From a virus (lineage: Duplodnaviria > Caudoviricetes): a stretch of DNA of 64,000 nt. Below, piece by piece: positions 34,932 through 43,767 of this stretch (position 1 is the stretch's first letter; every line of letters starts with the position of its first letter). The translations under genes were made by a program, and so were the position numbers. The stretch is from positions 6,669-70,668 of IMG/VR virus record IMGVR_UViG_3300014204_000016; one strand, given 5' to 3'. The notes beneath the pieces are model-generated. The model was not told the origin of the DNA. It searched no databases and saw nothing but the letters and a program-made list of their open reading frames with translations.

Positions 34932-36719
34932 ATGGCACAGGGCGAAAACAAGGAATTCAAAAAACCGTCTCTCGGGGATTACGGGACTACGGCGGACGAA
35001 GTAACAAATGATTCGGTAGTGCCGGGAACTACTGTAAAAGACGCGCTCGACAATCTGGCGGCTGCCGGCGGTTCGATTCCATTCACAACAAAAGGCGACT
35101 TGGCATCATACGATGGCAAGGCTATGGCGATTGTAGCCGCCGGAGCTGATGGTTATGTCCTCAAAGCTCGGGCAGCAGCAGCAAACGGGATTGAATGGGC
35201 AAAGACAATAGCGCTCGCCGCAAAAGGGGATATTATATCTTCAACCGGGAAAGTGGACGCGATAGTCAATGTGGGCGCAGACGGCATGATTTTAAGCGCC
35301 AAAGCGTCCGAAGCCGCCGGCCTACTCTGGAAAGTCAATCCGGTTGATCTTCTCGCGGTTAAAGGTGATCTGCTCGGATATGACGGCAAAGCGGCCGCAA
35401 TCGTTAAGCTCGGGATCGGGGCGGACGGCAAAATATTAACCGCCAATTCAGCCGTTGACATCGGCTTTTCATGGGAAACAGCGCCTACGGCTACACCGCG
35501 GACATTCAGTTATATCGTGGGCGCAACCGGAGACTACGCTTCTGTTTCTCTCCTTCTGGCGGCTCATCCTGCGCCAAAGTCGGTGTTTATTCAGGACGGG
35601 ACATACGATGAGTCGGGCGCTCCGGTTGTCATACCGGCCACGACAGCCGTTGTATGCGAATCCCTGAACGTGATAATGGACATGGGCGCCGGCAGCCTGA
35701 CGATCAGCGCGGCCGCATCATGGAAAGGCGGAGTAGTTCGCGGAACAGTCGCGGTAGCCGATCTTCTGATCGTGGACGGCAATTATGCAAAGGTAGAGGG
35801 CGTAAAGGTCATTTCACAGGCGGTAGGTGATCCCGTCGCGCAGCAGTGGCTTGTCAACGCAATGACCGGGCATCTGGACGTTATACTCCGCGACATCGTT
35901 CTTGAATTCGCGGGTGACTACGCAAATGAGGGCGGAATCAAATACAAGGCAACAAGTGGACGGATTGAAAACACATTCGCAATATGTAGCGTGACCGGGG
36001 TAAACACAAAGCTCATGGATATTACTTCGGAGCAATGTGTTGTTGACGGTGTGCATATAACCGGACTCGCTGTAAACGGCTCGGCATTCAAAGCTATAGG
36101 ATCATCGGGCCGGGTGACGATAAAGGGCGTGGGCAGCGATAACAACGCTCTCGGGTCAATCGGGGCGACACTGACGGAATGCGAAGTTGACTCATGCACG
36201 TTTATAACTCTGGACGGATCGGGAAACAAGGTTTCGAAGTCGCACATAATGACAGTTACACCTTCTGCGAACACGCCGCGCAATTATTTTTCGGATTGTG
36301 ACATCGAAGCTCTCCGGCTTGTAAATGCGTCGAAAAATATCTTTACCGGATGTCGGATACGGGCGCAGTCTATTGGAGCGGTGGCTATCGAAGCAATGTT
36401 TAGCGCTTGCAAATTCGATACAGCCGTTGATCTGACCGGGGACGAAATAACGATGTCGGGTTGTGAATTCAATAACTCCCTGACGCTCACCGGCAATCTG
36501 AACAGAGTCACAGGCGGCTACGTTGCAAATGGCGTGGCGGTTGCCGGAGATTACAACGGCTTAGTAGGCGCTCGCGTGGGCGCAAAGGCCGGCGGCGGAA
36601 CGGGCAGCGTGGTTGTAAGTCCCGGCGCCACAAGCAATCAGATTGTCGGCTGCATGACGGACGCGGCAATCACAGACGGCGGAACGACAACGATAAACAT
36701 AGCCAATACAACGTACTAA
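34932..36719 (+). CDS. tailspike-like protein with predicted right-handed beta-helix
   Basis: GGAGG RBS; N-terminal anchor motif; TKGDL repeats; SVFIQDGTYDE followed by beta-helix-like repeats. Confidence 0.75.
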   Translation: MAQGENKEFKKPSLGDYGTTADEVTNDSVVPGTTVKDALDNLAAAGGSIPFTTKGDLASYDGKAMAIVAAGADGYVLKARAAAANGIEWAKTIALAAKGDIISSTGKVDAIVNVGADGMILSAKASEAAGLLWKVNPVDLLAVKGDLLGYDGKAAAIVKLGIGADGKILTANSAVDIGFSWETAPTATPRTFSYIVGATGDYASVSLLLAAHPAPKSVFIQDGTYDESGAPVVIPATTAVVCESLNVIMDMGAGSLTISAAASWKGGVVRGTVAVADLLIVDGNYAKVEGVKVISQAVGDPVAQQWLVNAMTGHLDVILRDIVLEFAGDYANEGGIKYKATSGRIENTFAICSVTGVNTKLMDITSEQCVVDGVHITGLAVNGSAFKAIGSSGRVTIKGVGSDNNALGSIGATLTECEVDSCTFITLDGSGNKVSKSHIMTVTPSANTPRNYFSDCDIEALRLVNASKNIFTGCRIRAQSIGAVAIEAMFSACKFDTAVDLTGDEITMSGCEFNNSLTLTGNLNRVTGGYVANGVAVAGDYNGLVGARVGAKAGGGTGSVVVSPGATSNQIVGCMTDAAITDGGTTTINIANTTY

Positions 36720-36741
36720 GAAACCGTTTGAATAAGCAAGC

Positions 36742-36769
36742 AAAAGGCGGTCTTCGGATCGCCTTTTTT
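36742..36769 (+). terminator. intrinsic terminator, possibly bidirectional
   Basis: AAAAGGCGGTC-TTCG-GATCGCCTTTTTT. Confidence 0.9.
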
Positions 36770-36781
36770 ATTTATAGGGTA

Positions 36782-36810
36782 TTGACAATAATTTGAAGGG
36801 ATGATAAATT
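36782..36810 (+). promoter_or_regulatory. sigma70 promoter TTGACA-17-TAAATT with extended -10 TG
   Basis: ATG 36817 is 6 nt downstream of -10. Confidence 0.75.
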
Positions 36811-36816
36811 ACGGGC

Positions 36817-37059
36817 ATGGAGACGGCGAATCTTCCACAAAAAGAATATTTAGAGGACCGGGCGCCGGTGAATTCTTCGCCGTCTTCTACTGGCGTCCGG
36901 CAACCTCTTTTAACCACACAGGAAGCGCTTTTGAAATTAAGTCTAATAATAAATGGGCCGCTAATAATACCTACAAGGCCAAGATCATTAAAGGAAAATC
37001 TGTTTCTTGCGAGAAAAGCCTATTCTCTACAGAAGCGGCCACAGGTGAAAAATGATTGA
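36817..37059 (+). CDS. 80-aa hypothetical protein, probably leaderless
   Basis: Start coincides with the predicted +1. The overlapping frame 36801-37055 is a competing call. Confidence 0.4.
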   Translation: METANLPQKEYLEDRAPVNSSPSSTGVRQPLLTTQEALLKLSLIINGPLIIPTRPRSLKENLFLARKAYSLQKRPQVKND

Positions 37060-37525
37060 ATACATGGGAAAAGACAAAGAAAATAACGAAGCGTGGAAAG
37101 ATGAGCGCGGAGTAATAATCGTTAAAGCAGTCTCCGGATTTTGGGAAACGGAAGACGGCTTCAAACTCTCCAATTCCGATGATAAGAAATATGATGCGGA
37201 ACGAAAAGTAGCCGTTGAAGCGCTCATAGTAAAAGAGGCGGAAGATCGCAAAGCGGCCGAAGCCGGAGCAAAGGCGGCGCTTGAAACCAACTCCGAAGAA
37301 AAGCTGCAATGTTGGATGATTACGCATACGGACGATTTTATTGAAGCAATATTAACGATTGCGGAACAAAGAGTTTTTGAGATATTGGGACGGGAAACGG
37401 TAGAAAATCCTCGCGGTTGTATCTCTATATGTCCACCTGACACCGACATGTCCTATCTCATAAAACAGCGCATGGCGATACTTGCCGAAAAGCGCGCAGA
37501 ACGAAATAAAAAGGAAGCGGAATGA
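37052..37525 (+). CDS. hypothetical protein
   Basis: Operon packing. Confidence 0.7.
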   Translation: MIEYMGKDKENNEAWKDERGVIIVKAVSGFWETEDGFKLSNSDDKKYDAERKVAVEALIVKEAEDRKAAEAGAKAALETNSEEKLQCWMITHTDDFIEAILTIAEQRVFEILGRETVENPRGCISICPPDTDMSYLIKQRMAILAEKRAERNKKEAE

Positions 37526-37926
37526 AAGCATTATCAGTCAAACAACCGTGGGCCTGTCTTATCATGGAGAATATGAAAGACATAGAAGTCTGGACATGGG
37601 CGCCGCCGGCAAGTATTATCGGCCATAGAATATTCATACATACCGGAAAACAGCGCTCAATAGTTCCATCATCGGTTTGGGAACAAATAAGAGAATTGCC
37701 ACAGCCGGCGGGATATTTAATCGGAACAGTGACGCTTTTAAGCTATAAGACTTATCGGAGTGAAATGGAGTTTATGCGAGACGTTCACAGGCATAAAAAT
37801 TTCCCGGATGGTTTTGTGCTGCCAAATACATACGGATGGATTCTGTCAAATCCAGTAAAGCTAATTGACCCGATCCTATTCCGCGGAAATCTGAAACTCT
37901 TTGAGGTACCGGACGATGCTCTTTGA
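37522..37926 (+). CDS. ASCH-domain protein
   Basis: MKALSVKQPWA.LI....KDIE..TW; GYLIGTVTL; YGWILSNP. Confidence 0.9.
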   Translation: MKALSVKQPWACLIMENMKDIEVWTWAPPASIIGHRIFIHTGKQRSIVPSSVWEQIRELPQPAGYLIGTVTLLSYKTYRSEMEFMRDVHRHKNFPDGFVLPNTYGWILSNPVKLIDPILFRGNLKLFEVPDDAL

Positions 37927-38434
37927 ATTTATGGGTAAGCAATTCGAACTTTCAAAATCAGACGCCGATATATGGCAGCAGTATTGGAATGTCGAAAGAA
38001 TGGAGCATCGTGGGCATAGGCAGTTTTTGATGGGGGCATGTCCATTTTGTGAAGTTTTCAAGATCAGAAGAAATAATTATGAATCAAACTGTACGGAATG
38101 CCCATTGGCTATTTATGAAGAAAATAAAACAAGCGCGAAGTATGGCTCAAACAACATGCACATTCTCAAAGAGCGCATCGAGGGCTGTACCGTATTGTTA
38201 GAGCATGTCTTAGGGCCAAAGGCTGAAAGCTCATTGGTGAATTGGTCGCTTATATTTCACGAAACTTATGTTGTAGTATGGGGCGGCCGCGGAATAGAAT
38301 CATGCAATAAAATAAGGCGCTCAATAATCGAAAGCGTCATAGACAAAAACGATAGAGAGGGCATAAATGAATATCTCACGAAAGATACAAAGGAATCGGA
38401 AAAAGACGGAACAGGTGAAACAGAAAAGAAATAA
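37916..38434 (+). CDS. hypothetical protein with CxxC...CxxC
   Basis: GAGG RBS; CPFC...CTECPL. Confidence 0.65.
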   Translation: MLFEFMGKQFELSKSDADIWQQYWNVERMEHRGHRQFLMGACPFCEVFKIRRNNYESNCTECPLAIYEENKTSAKYGSNNMHILKERIEGCTVLLEHVLGPKAESSLVNWSLIFHETYVVVWGGRGIESCNKIRRSIIESVIDKNDREGINEYLTKDTKESEKDGTGETEKK

Positions 38435-38520
38435 GCGCAGAATTAAAAAGGCGCCTACATTCCCAAGCGAATATGCTGTTTCTGCACAGGATTTATTAAC
38501 AAGTAAATGGAGGTTGAAGC

Positions 38521-38958
38521 GTGGCGACAAAAAAAATGATAGTAAGGATTAGCCGTCTCTGGCTTGCCGGCGTCTTGGAATTAATGGAGAAAGAAGGCCT
38601 TTTTTCTCTGGACGCTGCAATTATACCGGCGAGACATGGCCTTGTATTATCAACCGAATTCATAAACAAAAAAATGCGGCCTGACTTCAAAGGGACGAAA
38701 CAAGATGGTGAAATCGATGAACAAGCCGGACCTGAAACAGAAAGTGATTCTGGCGATAATACGGATGGAGGACAGGGTGAATCGGGTATTGTTCCTGATG
38801 ATAATGTCGATCCTGAAACGGCAGAAGAACAGCCGGAATCTACAGACAGCGAAATACCTATTGCCTCAAATGAAAAAATAGGTGAAGTCACAAACCCATC
38901 AACGGAAGCGCCGATCATAGAGAAAAAAAGAGGGCGTCCGCCAAAGGATAAACAGTGA
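38521..38958 (+). CDS. acidic protein with C-terminal AT-hook-like KRGRPPK
   Basis: GGAGG RBS; KKRGRPPKDK. Confidence 0.7.
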   Translation: MATKKMIVRISRLWLAGVLELMEKEGLFSLDAAIIPARHGLVLSTEFINKKMRPDFKGTKQDGEIDEQAGPETESDSGDNTDGGQGESGIVPDDNVDPETAEEQPESTDSEIPIASNEKIGEVTNPSTEAPIIEKKRGRPPKDKQ

Positions 38959-39404
38959 GAATAGGATTTTTGAGTAATAGCTTTAATGAAACCGGGCGCT
39001 CCATCTATGAAAAGCTATGGAAAGAAACGGACGCAAACTGGCGTAATGATTTTCCTAAAGTAGCAATGCCGGGACAAATAATAATTGCGCTCGACATGCT
39101 TTTCGAGGACTACATAAAAGAAGTTGTTTTAGGAGACGAAAAAAGCAAGTCTATAGCGGCTGTAAAAATCAGCAGACACCAGAAAATAATTTATGATTTA
39201 TGGCCGATAAAACCAGTGGAAAAGAAAGAGAAAAAAGTTAAGGAACAGGCAGCAGAGGAAATAGAAAAAGAGATTGAAAGGAGGTACGAATATCAGGGTA
39301 AGGAAATGTCGGAGCAAGAGTATGTCGAATGGTATAACGGCTTGACTCCGGAAGTAAGGGCGGATATACTGCCCAAAGTAAAAATAACTGAAAGAGAAAA
39401 ATAG
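38955..39404 (+). CDS. hypothetical protein
   Basis: GTGA overlap. Confidence 0.7.
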   Translation: MRIGFLSNSFNETGRSIYEKLWKETDANWRNDFPKVAMPGQIIIALDMLFEDYIKEVVLGDEKSKSIAAVKISRHQKIIYDLWPIKPVEKKEKKVKEQAAEEIEKEIERRYEYQGKEMSEQEYVEWYNGLTPEVRADILPKVKITEREK

Positions 39405-39412
39405 GGGGTTTT

Positions 39413-39859
39413 ATGGAAAACAAAGAGAATGAAGATGGAAAAGTAACCGATATTAACGAAGCAAAAAAGGCAAAAGAGGAAAGCGCGAAACTTCCCGAAG
39501 TTATCCCTGAAACCGGCGTTTTCGTCATTCAGTTGGAAGACGGAAGCATAGTCGTAATCAACGATGTCGGCGCAAAAACAGGGCTTCATGTCAAACGGGA
39601 AATGCCGTTCAACGAAACGCCGGGATTCTTGCTTGAAGGATTCGCGCAAGCAATGATGATCTGCAATGCGGTAAACGTCAATACAAAGATTGCAAGGGTC
39701 GAAGACAGGATAAGTCGGATCGAACAGGCTGTTATCAAACTTTCGAACATCAGCGTGGAGCAACCGGTGGCCGTTGTCAACAATGTGGAAATCGTGGATG
39801 CAGCAGTCGAACAGACTCCGGCCGCAGCAGAGGGAGAAGATGGAGGTATCAACTGCTAA
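39413..39859 (+). CDS. hypothetical protein
   Basis: GGGGG RBS. Confidence 0.7.
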   Translation: MENKENEDGKVTDINEAKKAKEESAKLPEVIPETGVFVIQLEDGSIVVINDVGAKTGLHVKREMPFNETPGFLLEGFAQAMMICNAVNVNTKIARVEDRISRIEQAVIKLSNISVEQPVAVVNNVEIVDAAVEQTPAAAEGEDGGINC

Positions 39860-39899
39860 CTAATTCCCAACAAAATCGGTTAAAATAAGTTAAAACCGC

Positions 39900-39928
39900 T
39901 TGACTTGCGGGCTGATAACAGCTAAAAT
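39900..39928 (+). promoter_or_regulatory. sigma70 promoter TTGACT-17-TAAAAT
   Basis: Near-consensus; AAGGAG RBS follows. Confidence 0.75.
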
Positions 39929-39945
39929 AAGGAGTGACTACGAAA

Positions 39946-40239
39946 ATGAAGGTGACAAAAGTAACGCGAGAATATTGGGTTCTGGACGGGGAAAAGGTTT
40001 ATTTCAATGAACCGCTCGACCACGAGCCTGAACAGGGGGATTTATTAAAGGCGTATCGGCCATGTTGGGATGTCAAAGGCTGCATTGTCGGCAAATGTCC
40101 GGCGCACAGTAAAAATGTAAACTGTTGGGAATTCCCAAACGCCGGATTCATAGGCTCATTCTGCAAAGGCCCGATGCGCCCGGAATTCAAAAAGATTCGT
40201 TGCTCGGGCTGTTCGATTTATCTGAACCGACCAAAATAA
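39946..40239 (+). CDS. two-CW-domain-like Cys-rich protein
   Basis: CWDVKGC...CPA...NCWE...FCKG...KIRCSGCSIY. Confidence 0.6.
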   Translation: MKVTKVTREYWVLDGEKVYFNEPLDHEPEQGDLLKAYRPCWDVKGCIVGKCPAHSKNVNCWEFPNAGFIGSFCKGPMRPEFKKIRCSGCSIYLNRPK

Positions 40240-40264
40240 CAAAAACCACAGACGATAGTTTTAC

Positions 40265-40294
40265 AAAAGGCGCCCATTCCGGAGGGCGCTTTTT
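40265..40294 (+). terminator. intrinsic terminator
   Basis: GCGCCC-loop-GGGCGC followed by T5. Confidence 0.75.
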
Positions 40295-40416
40295 GCGTTA
40301 TGGGAATAGAAAATAGTTCAAAAAGAACTTTTAGCGACAATACTTGACAAAAGAGTAGAAAGGATGATATTGATAATTAGGTATGATTATTCAAGCATAA
40401 ATAGGTAGGTTGGGGA

Positions 40417-42321
40417 ATGTTGGAAGAAAAAACAACCGAAATGAATCCCCACATAAAGCGTGAAGACGCCGTTAAAGAACCGCGACTATGGGTAATCAAG
40501 TATAGAAAACATCCGAAAGACCACACAAAACCATTCATTTTCGAAAGAGAAGTAATAGCAAACGACCTCGGGGTAAAAAAGAATATTCCTCTTAAATATC
40601 TTGACGATATATATGCTTCCCTGAAACGGCTAAAAAATCTTTACCTTGTTGTCGAAAAAGCGCGGCAGGCAATGGTTTCGGAATTCAATGTAAATTCCAC
40701 ATTTTATATCTGTGACACAAATATCGGCGTGACGATCCTTTACGTTCTACAGGATGAGGCAACCGGGAAGAAGTTTGTAAAGAAGCGTGTCGATGCCCCG
40801 ATAGATGATTCCCCCTATATTACAAGTATGATAAATCGTGGGCAGCAGCGTACAGGGATGAGGGATGGCCGAAAGAAGCAAATAGATTCTCTATCCATGA
40901 AACGGTTTGGCCGGAGTTATTTTTACATGGTTCATAGCTCATCGGATCGTGTTTCCCGGTCCATCGATGCCGATATAGTTTTCTTCGATGAGTATGACGC
41001 ACAGGATCAGTCGAATGAAACAAGTTTTCGGTCATGCGCAGACAATAGCGACATCCGGGCATACATCTATACCTCGACACCGACACTTCCTGATTACGGA
41101 GTGGATATAAAGATTAAAAGTACGTCATTCGGGCAATGGACGGTAAATTGTCCGGTCTGTCTCCATGATTTCAGGATGGACAGCGTTTATTTCTTCGGAG
41201 ACGGAATCAAGGTTTTGGATGAACCGCGGTGGCAAGACGGCGCTCTCCGAATCTTCGTCTGTCCGAATTGTGGAGAAGAACTATCACAGGCAGACAAGCA
41301 AGTCCGTGGCCGCTACGTTCACCAGTATCCGGAGCGCATAAAAGAAAACAGGCTCGGCTTTCAATTCAGCCAATTATGTTTGCCTCATATCACAGCGGAT
41401 CGCGCGTGGAATGATTATCAGGAATGCCTTATGGACCCGAAATTAGGGCGCAAGGGCTTCATGAATGAAAAGCTCGGAGAAGCGGCAATCGATGAAGAAG
41501 CCGGCGCCCGGTTCAATCGTGAAATAATGATGGCTTGTGAAAACAAACAAGTCGGATGGGTAGAGAATGGGGCATACGGAACGTCGATGGGGGTAGATTG
41601 GGGAAAAGAAACGCATGTTACAATCCTAAAAAGAGCAGAAGCAACACAAAGAATACGCTTGATTGATTATGTGACTATTCCGGCGAGTCCTAATCCTCTC
41701 GACAGCGCAAAAAGGGTAATTGACCTTCTCCCGAAATACCAACCGGAGCATTTAACATGTGACTTCGGCGCCGGACAGGAACAGAACAAGTATGTAGCTG
41801 AAAAAGCGGCGGATATATTCTATGCGGCAGTAAATCACGAATCCATGAAAGAATTGAATCCAAAATGGAATCCCAAAACAAGATTCGTCTCTTATGATGT
41901 GGTCACGGCATACACGGCGCTTGCATACTGGTTCGGCGCGGAGATTTTCGAACTTCCCAAATATGACGGTAAATTAGCCATATTCATACAACATTGTTGT
42001 AATTCATATATTCTCGATCCGAATAGACGATCGATAGCAGAGGGCGGAATTGAACACTTCGAAATAGTCCAGAAAACAAAGCCGAAAGTAATTGCGAAAA
42101 AAGGGCCGATTCACTTATTAAGCGCTACAATCTTCGCCTTTCTTCCATATATGGGCAAAAACAACGAAAGTTTTAGTTTTTCGGATGTCTCGAAAGATAA
42201 TTTGCCGGAAAACTTCGATATTGACAAATCAGTTAGATTTACTCGGGATGTCGTACGAGACTTCTATCATTCGCCAAACGGACTATTAATGCCAAGAGGG
42301 GTTTTATGCCACAGACCATAA
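40417..42321 (+). CDS. terL: terminase large subunit (GpA-like)
   Basis: EKARQAMVSE (Walker A-like), ADIVFFDEYD (Walker B), YTSTPT, CPVC/CPNC zinc site, MGVDWG nuclease motif. Confidence 0.9.
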   Translation: MLEEKTTEMNPHIKREDAVKEPRLWVIKYRKHPKDHTKPFIFEREVIANDLGVKKNIPLKYLDDIYASLKRLKNLYLVVEKARQAMVSEFNVNSTFYICDTNIGVTILYVLQDEATGKKFVKKRVDAPIDDSPYITSMINRGQQRTGMRDGRKKQIDSLSMKRFGRSYFYMVHSSSDRVSRSIDADIVFFDEYDAQDQSNETSFRSCADNSDIRAYIYTSTPTLPDYGVDIKIKSTSFGQWTVNCPVCLHDFRMDSVYFFGDGIKVLDEPRWQDGALRIFVCPNCGEELSQADKQVRGRYVHQYPERIKENRLGFQFSQLCLPHITADRAWNDYQECLMDPKLGRKGFMNEKLGEAAIDEEAGARFNREIMMACENKQVGWVENGAYGTSMGVDWGKETHVTILKRAEATQRIRLIDYVTIPASPNPLDSAKRVIDLLPKYQPEHLTCDFGAGQEQNKYVAEKAADIFYAAVNHESMKELNPKWNPKTRFVSYDVVTAYTALAYWFGAEIFELPKYDGKLAIFIQHCCNSYILDPNRRSIAEGGIEHFEIVQKTKPKVIAKKGPIHLLSATIFAFLPYMGKNNESFSFSDVSKDNLPENFDIDKSVRFTRDVVRDFYHSPNGLLMPRGVLCHRP

Positions 42322-43766
42322 AGGGTAGATTCAATATCAATACCGGTGTCCTCACGATTCAAGCGCCCATGTATGGGGCAACTGGACCGCGGGGGCTGCG
42401 CGGCCGCATGACGGAGATTGAACAGAATCCGTATGAAATATGGGGATGGGGGCAGGGATTAAAACCTCACAAAAAACTTACTTATGCACAAGAGCGCAAT
42501 TTACGGCTGTCCATGCCGGCAATCAATAATTGTATCGATTATATAATCAGTAGGATGATTTCATTTCCGTTCAAGATAGTGAAAGAAGACGGGACAAGAC
42601 ACAACAATTTTTCACAGAAGCGCGCGGATAACGTGACTTCTATATTGCGTGGTCCAAATCAATTCGGAACGGGATGGAAAGGCAATCTTTCGATGGTTGC
42701 TGACAACCTTCTCGAAAGAGATTTAGGGATCGTTCAGAAAGAAATTTATCCGATAACAGGCTCAATTAAACAGATTGGCATTATCGATTCAATCAAAATA
42801 AGGCCGAATCCATTGAATTTTCAAGGCGACTTATCCCAACCGGCTTACTTCGAAATGGATCAAATGTATACAGAAACCATAGTAAATAGTTACTCTCGAG
42901 ATGAAATACTCTGGATGAACTTGAAGCCACAGGCCGGAAGTTTTTACGGATTCTCGCCTATTGAATATCTCGACATAATGATCCTGATGTCTCTATACGC
43001 AAGCCAACACAATCTGAAAATGGTTGACCCGGTAAATGAAAGAGGCGGCGGAATTATATGGCTCGGAGAAGGAATAGGCCAAGAGGCGCGCCGACAGTTT
43101 GAGGAAAGATATAAAATCATGCGATTCTCTGATCCTTCGGCGCCCATGTTCGCCGCCGGCGGTACAAGCGCTCCGCAATTTCTCGACTTGAGAATTAAAA
43201 ACGACCTTGATTATTCAAACCTAATAAAATCGCTCTCGGAAATGGCTTGTTCAAGTTACGGTCTTTCACTACAGGATATTGGAATTCAAACAAACGGCGC
43301 CGGGGCAACGGCAGAAATAAATGACGCGATAACTCAAAAGACGGCAATTATCCCGCGAATGCTCATGCTTGAAGAACTTTTCACCAACGGGATAGTAAAA
43401 CAGGCCGGTGGAGACGATCTGAAATTAATCTTTGTCACGAAAAAAGAAGAAGCGTATGAAACCCGGGTGCGCGCCGGCGTCATGGCCCTGAACCGCGGCG
43501 GCCTCCGGATGAACGAATTTAGGAATTTAATCGATGAGGCTCTTGAACCGTATGAAGGGGCAATGGGGGATACGCCTATTGTAATGCTCGGAAGCCAAGT
43601 CATGCGGTTAGAGGACGCTGTTAAAAAGGCCGTCGATCCGATGTCCGGACAAATAGATTTAAGCAAAATTGGGAAACCGGAACAAGTAAATGGCAAGCCT
43701 GATCCCGCACACAGGGAAACGAATACGAAAAAAGACCGCGGCGTCGATAAAAATTGGAGCAACTAA
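42306..43766 (+). CDS. portal protein (HK97-like)
   Basis: Position after terL; YGFSPIEYL; ACSSYGLSLQDIG; GGLRMNEFR. Confidence 0.9.
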   Translation: MPQTIKGRFNINTGVLTIQAPMYGATGPRGLRGRMTEIEQNPYEIWGWGQGLKPHKKLTYAQERNLRLSMPAINNCIDYIISRMISFPFKIVKEDGTRHNNFSQKRADNVTSILRGPNQFGTGWKGNLSMVADNLLERDLGIVQKEIYPITGSIKQIGIIDSIKIRPNPLNFQGDLSQPAYFEMDQMYTETIVNSYSRDEILWMNLKPQAGSFYGFSPIEYLDIMILMSLYASQHNLKMVDPVNERGGGIIWLGEGIGQEARRQFEERYKIMRFSDPSAPMFAAGGTSAPQFLDLRIKNDLDYSNLIKSLSEMACSSYGLSLQDIGIQTNGAGATAEINDAITQKTAIIPRMLMLEELFTNGIVKQAGGDDLKLIFVTKKEEAYETRVRAGVMALNRGGLRMNEFRNLIDEALEPYEGAMGDTPIVMLGSQVMRLEDAVKKAVDPMSGQIDLSKIGKPEQVNGKPDPAHRETNTKKDRGVDKNWSN

Positions 43767-43767
43767 A

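Noticed and set aside
36801-37055. Alternative 84-aa ORF overlapping 36817-37059
   Set aside because: Its ATG lies inside the predicted promoter, so it would not be transcribed from it. It is not fully excluded because its stop forms an ATGA overlap with the next gene.
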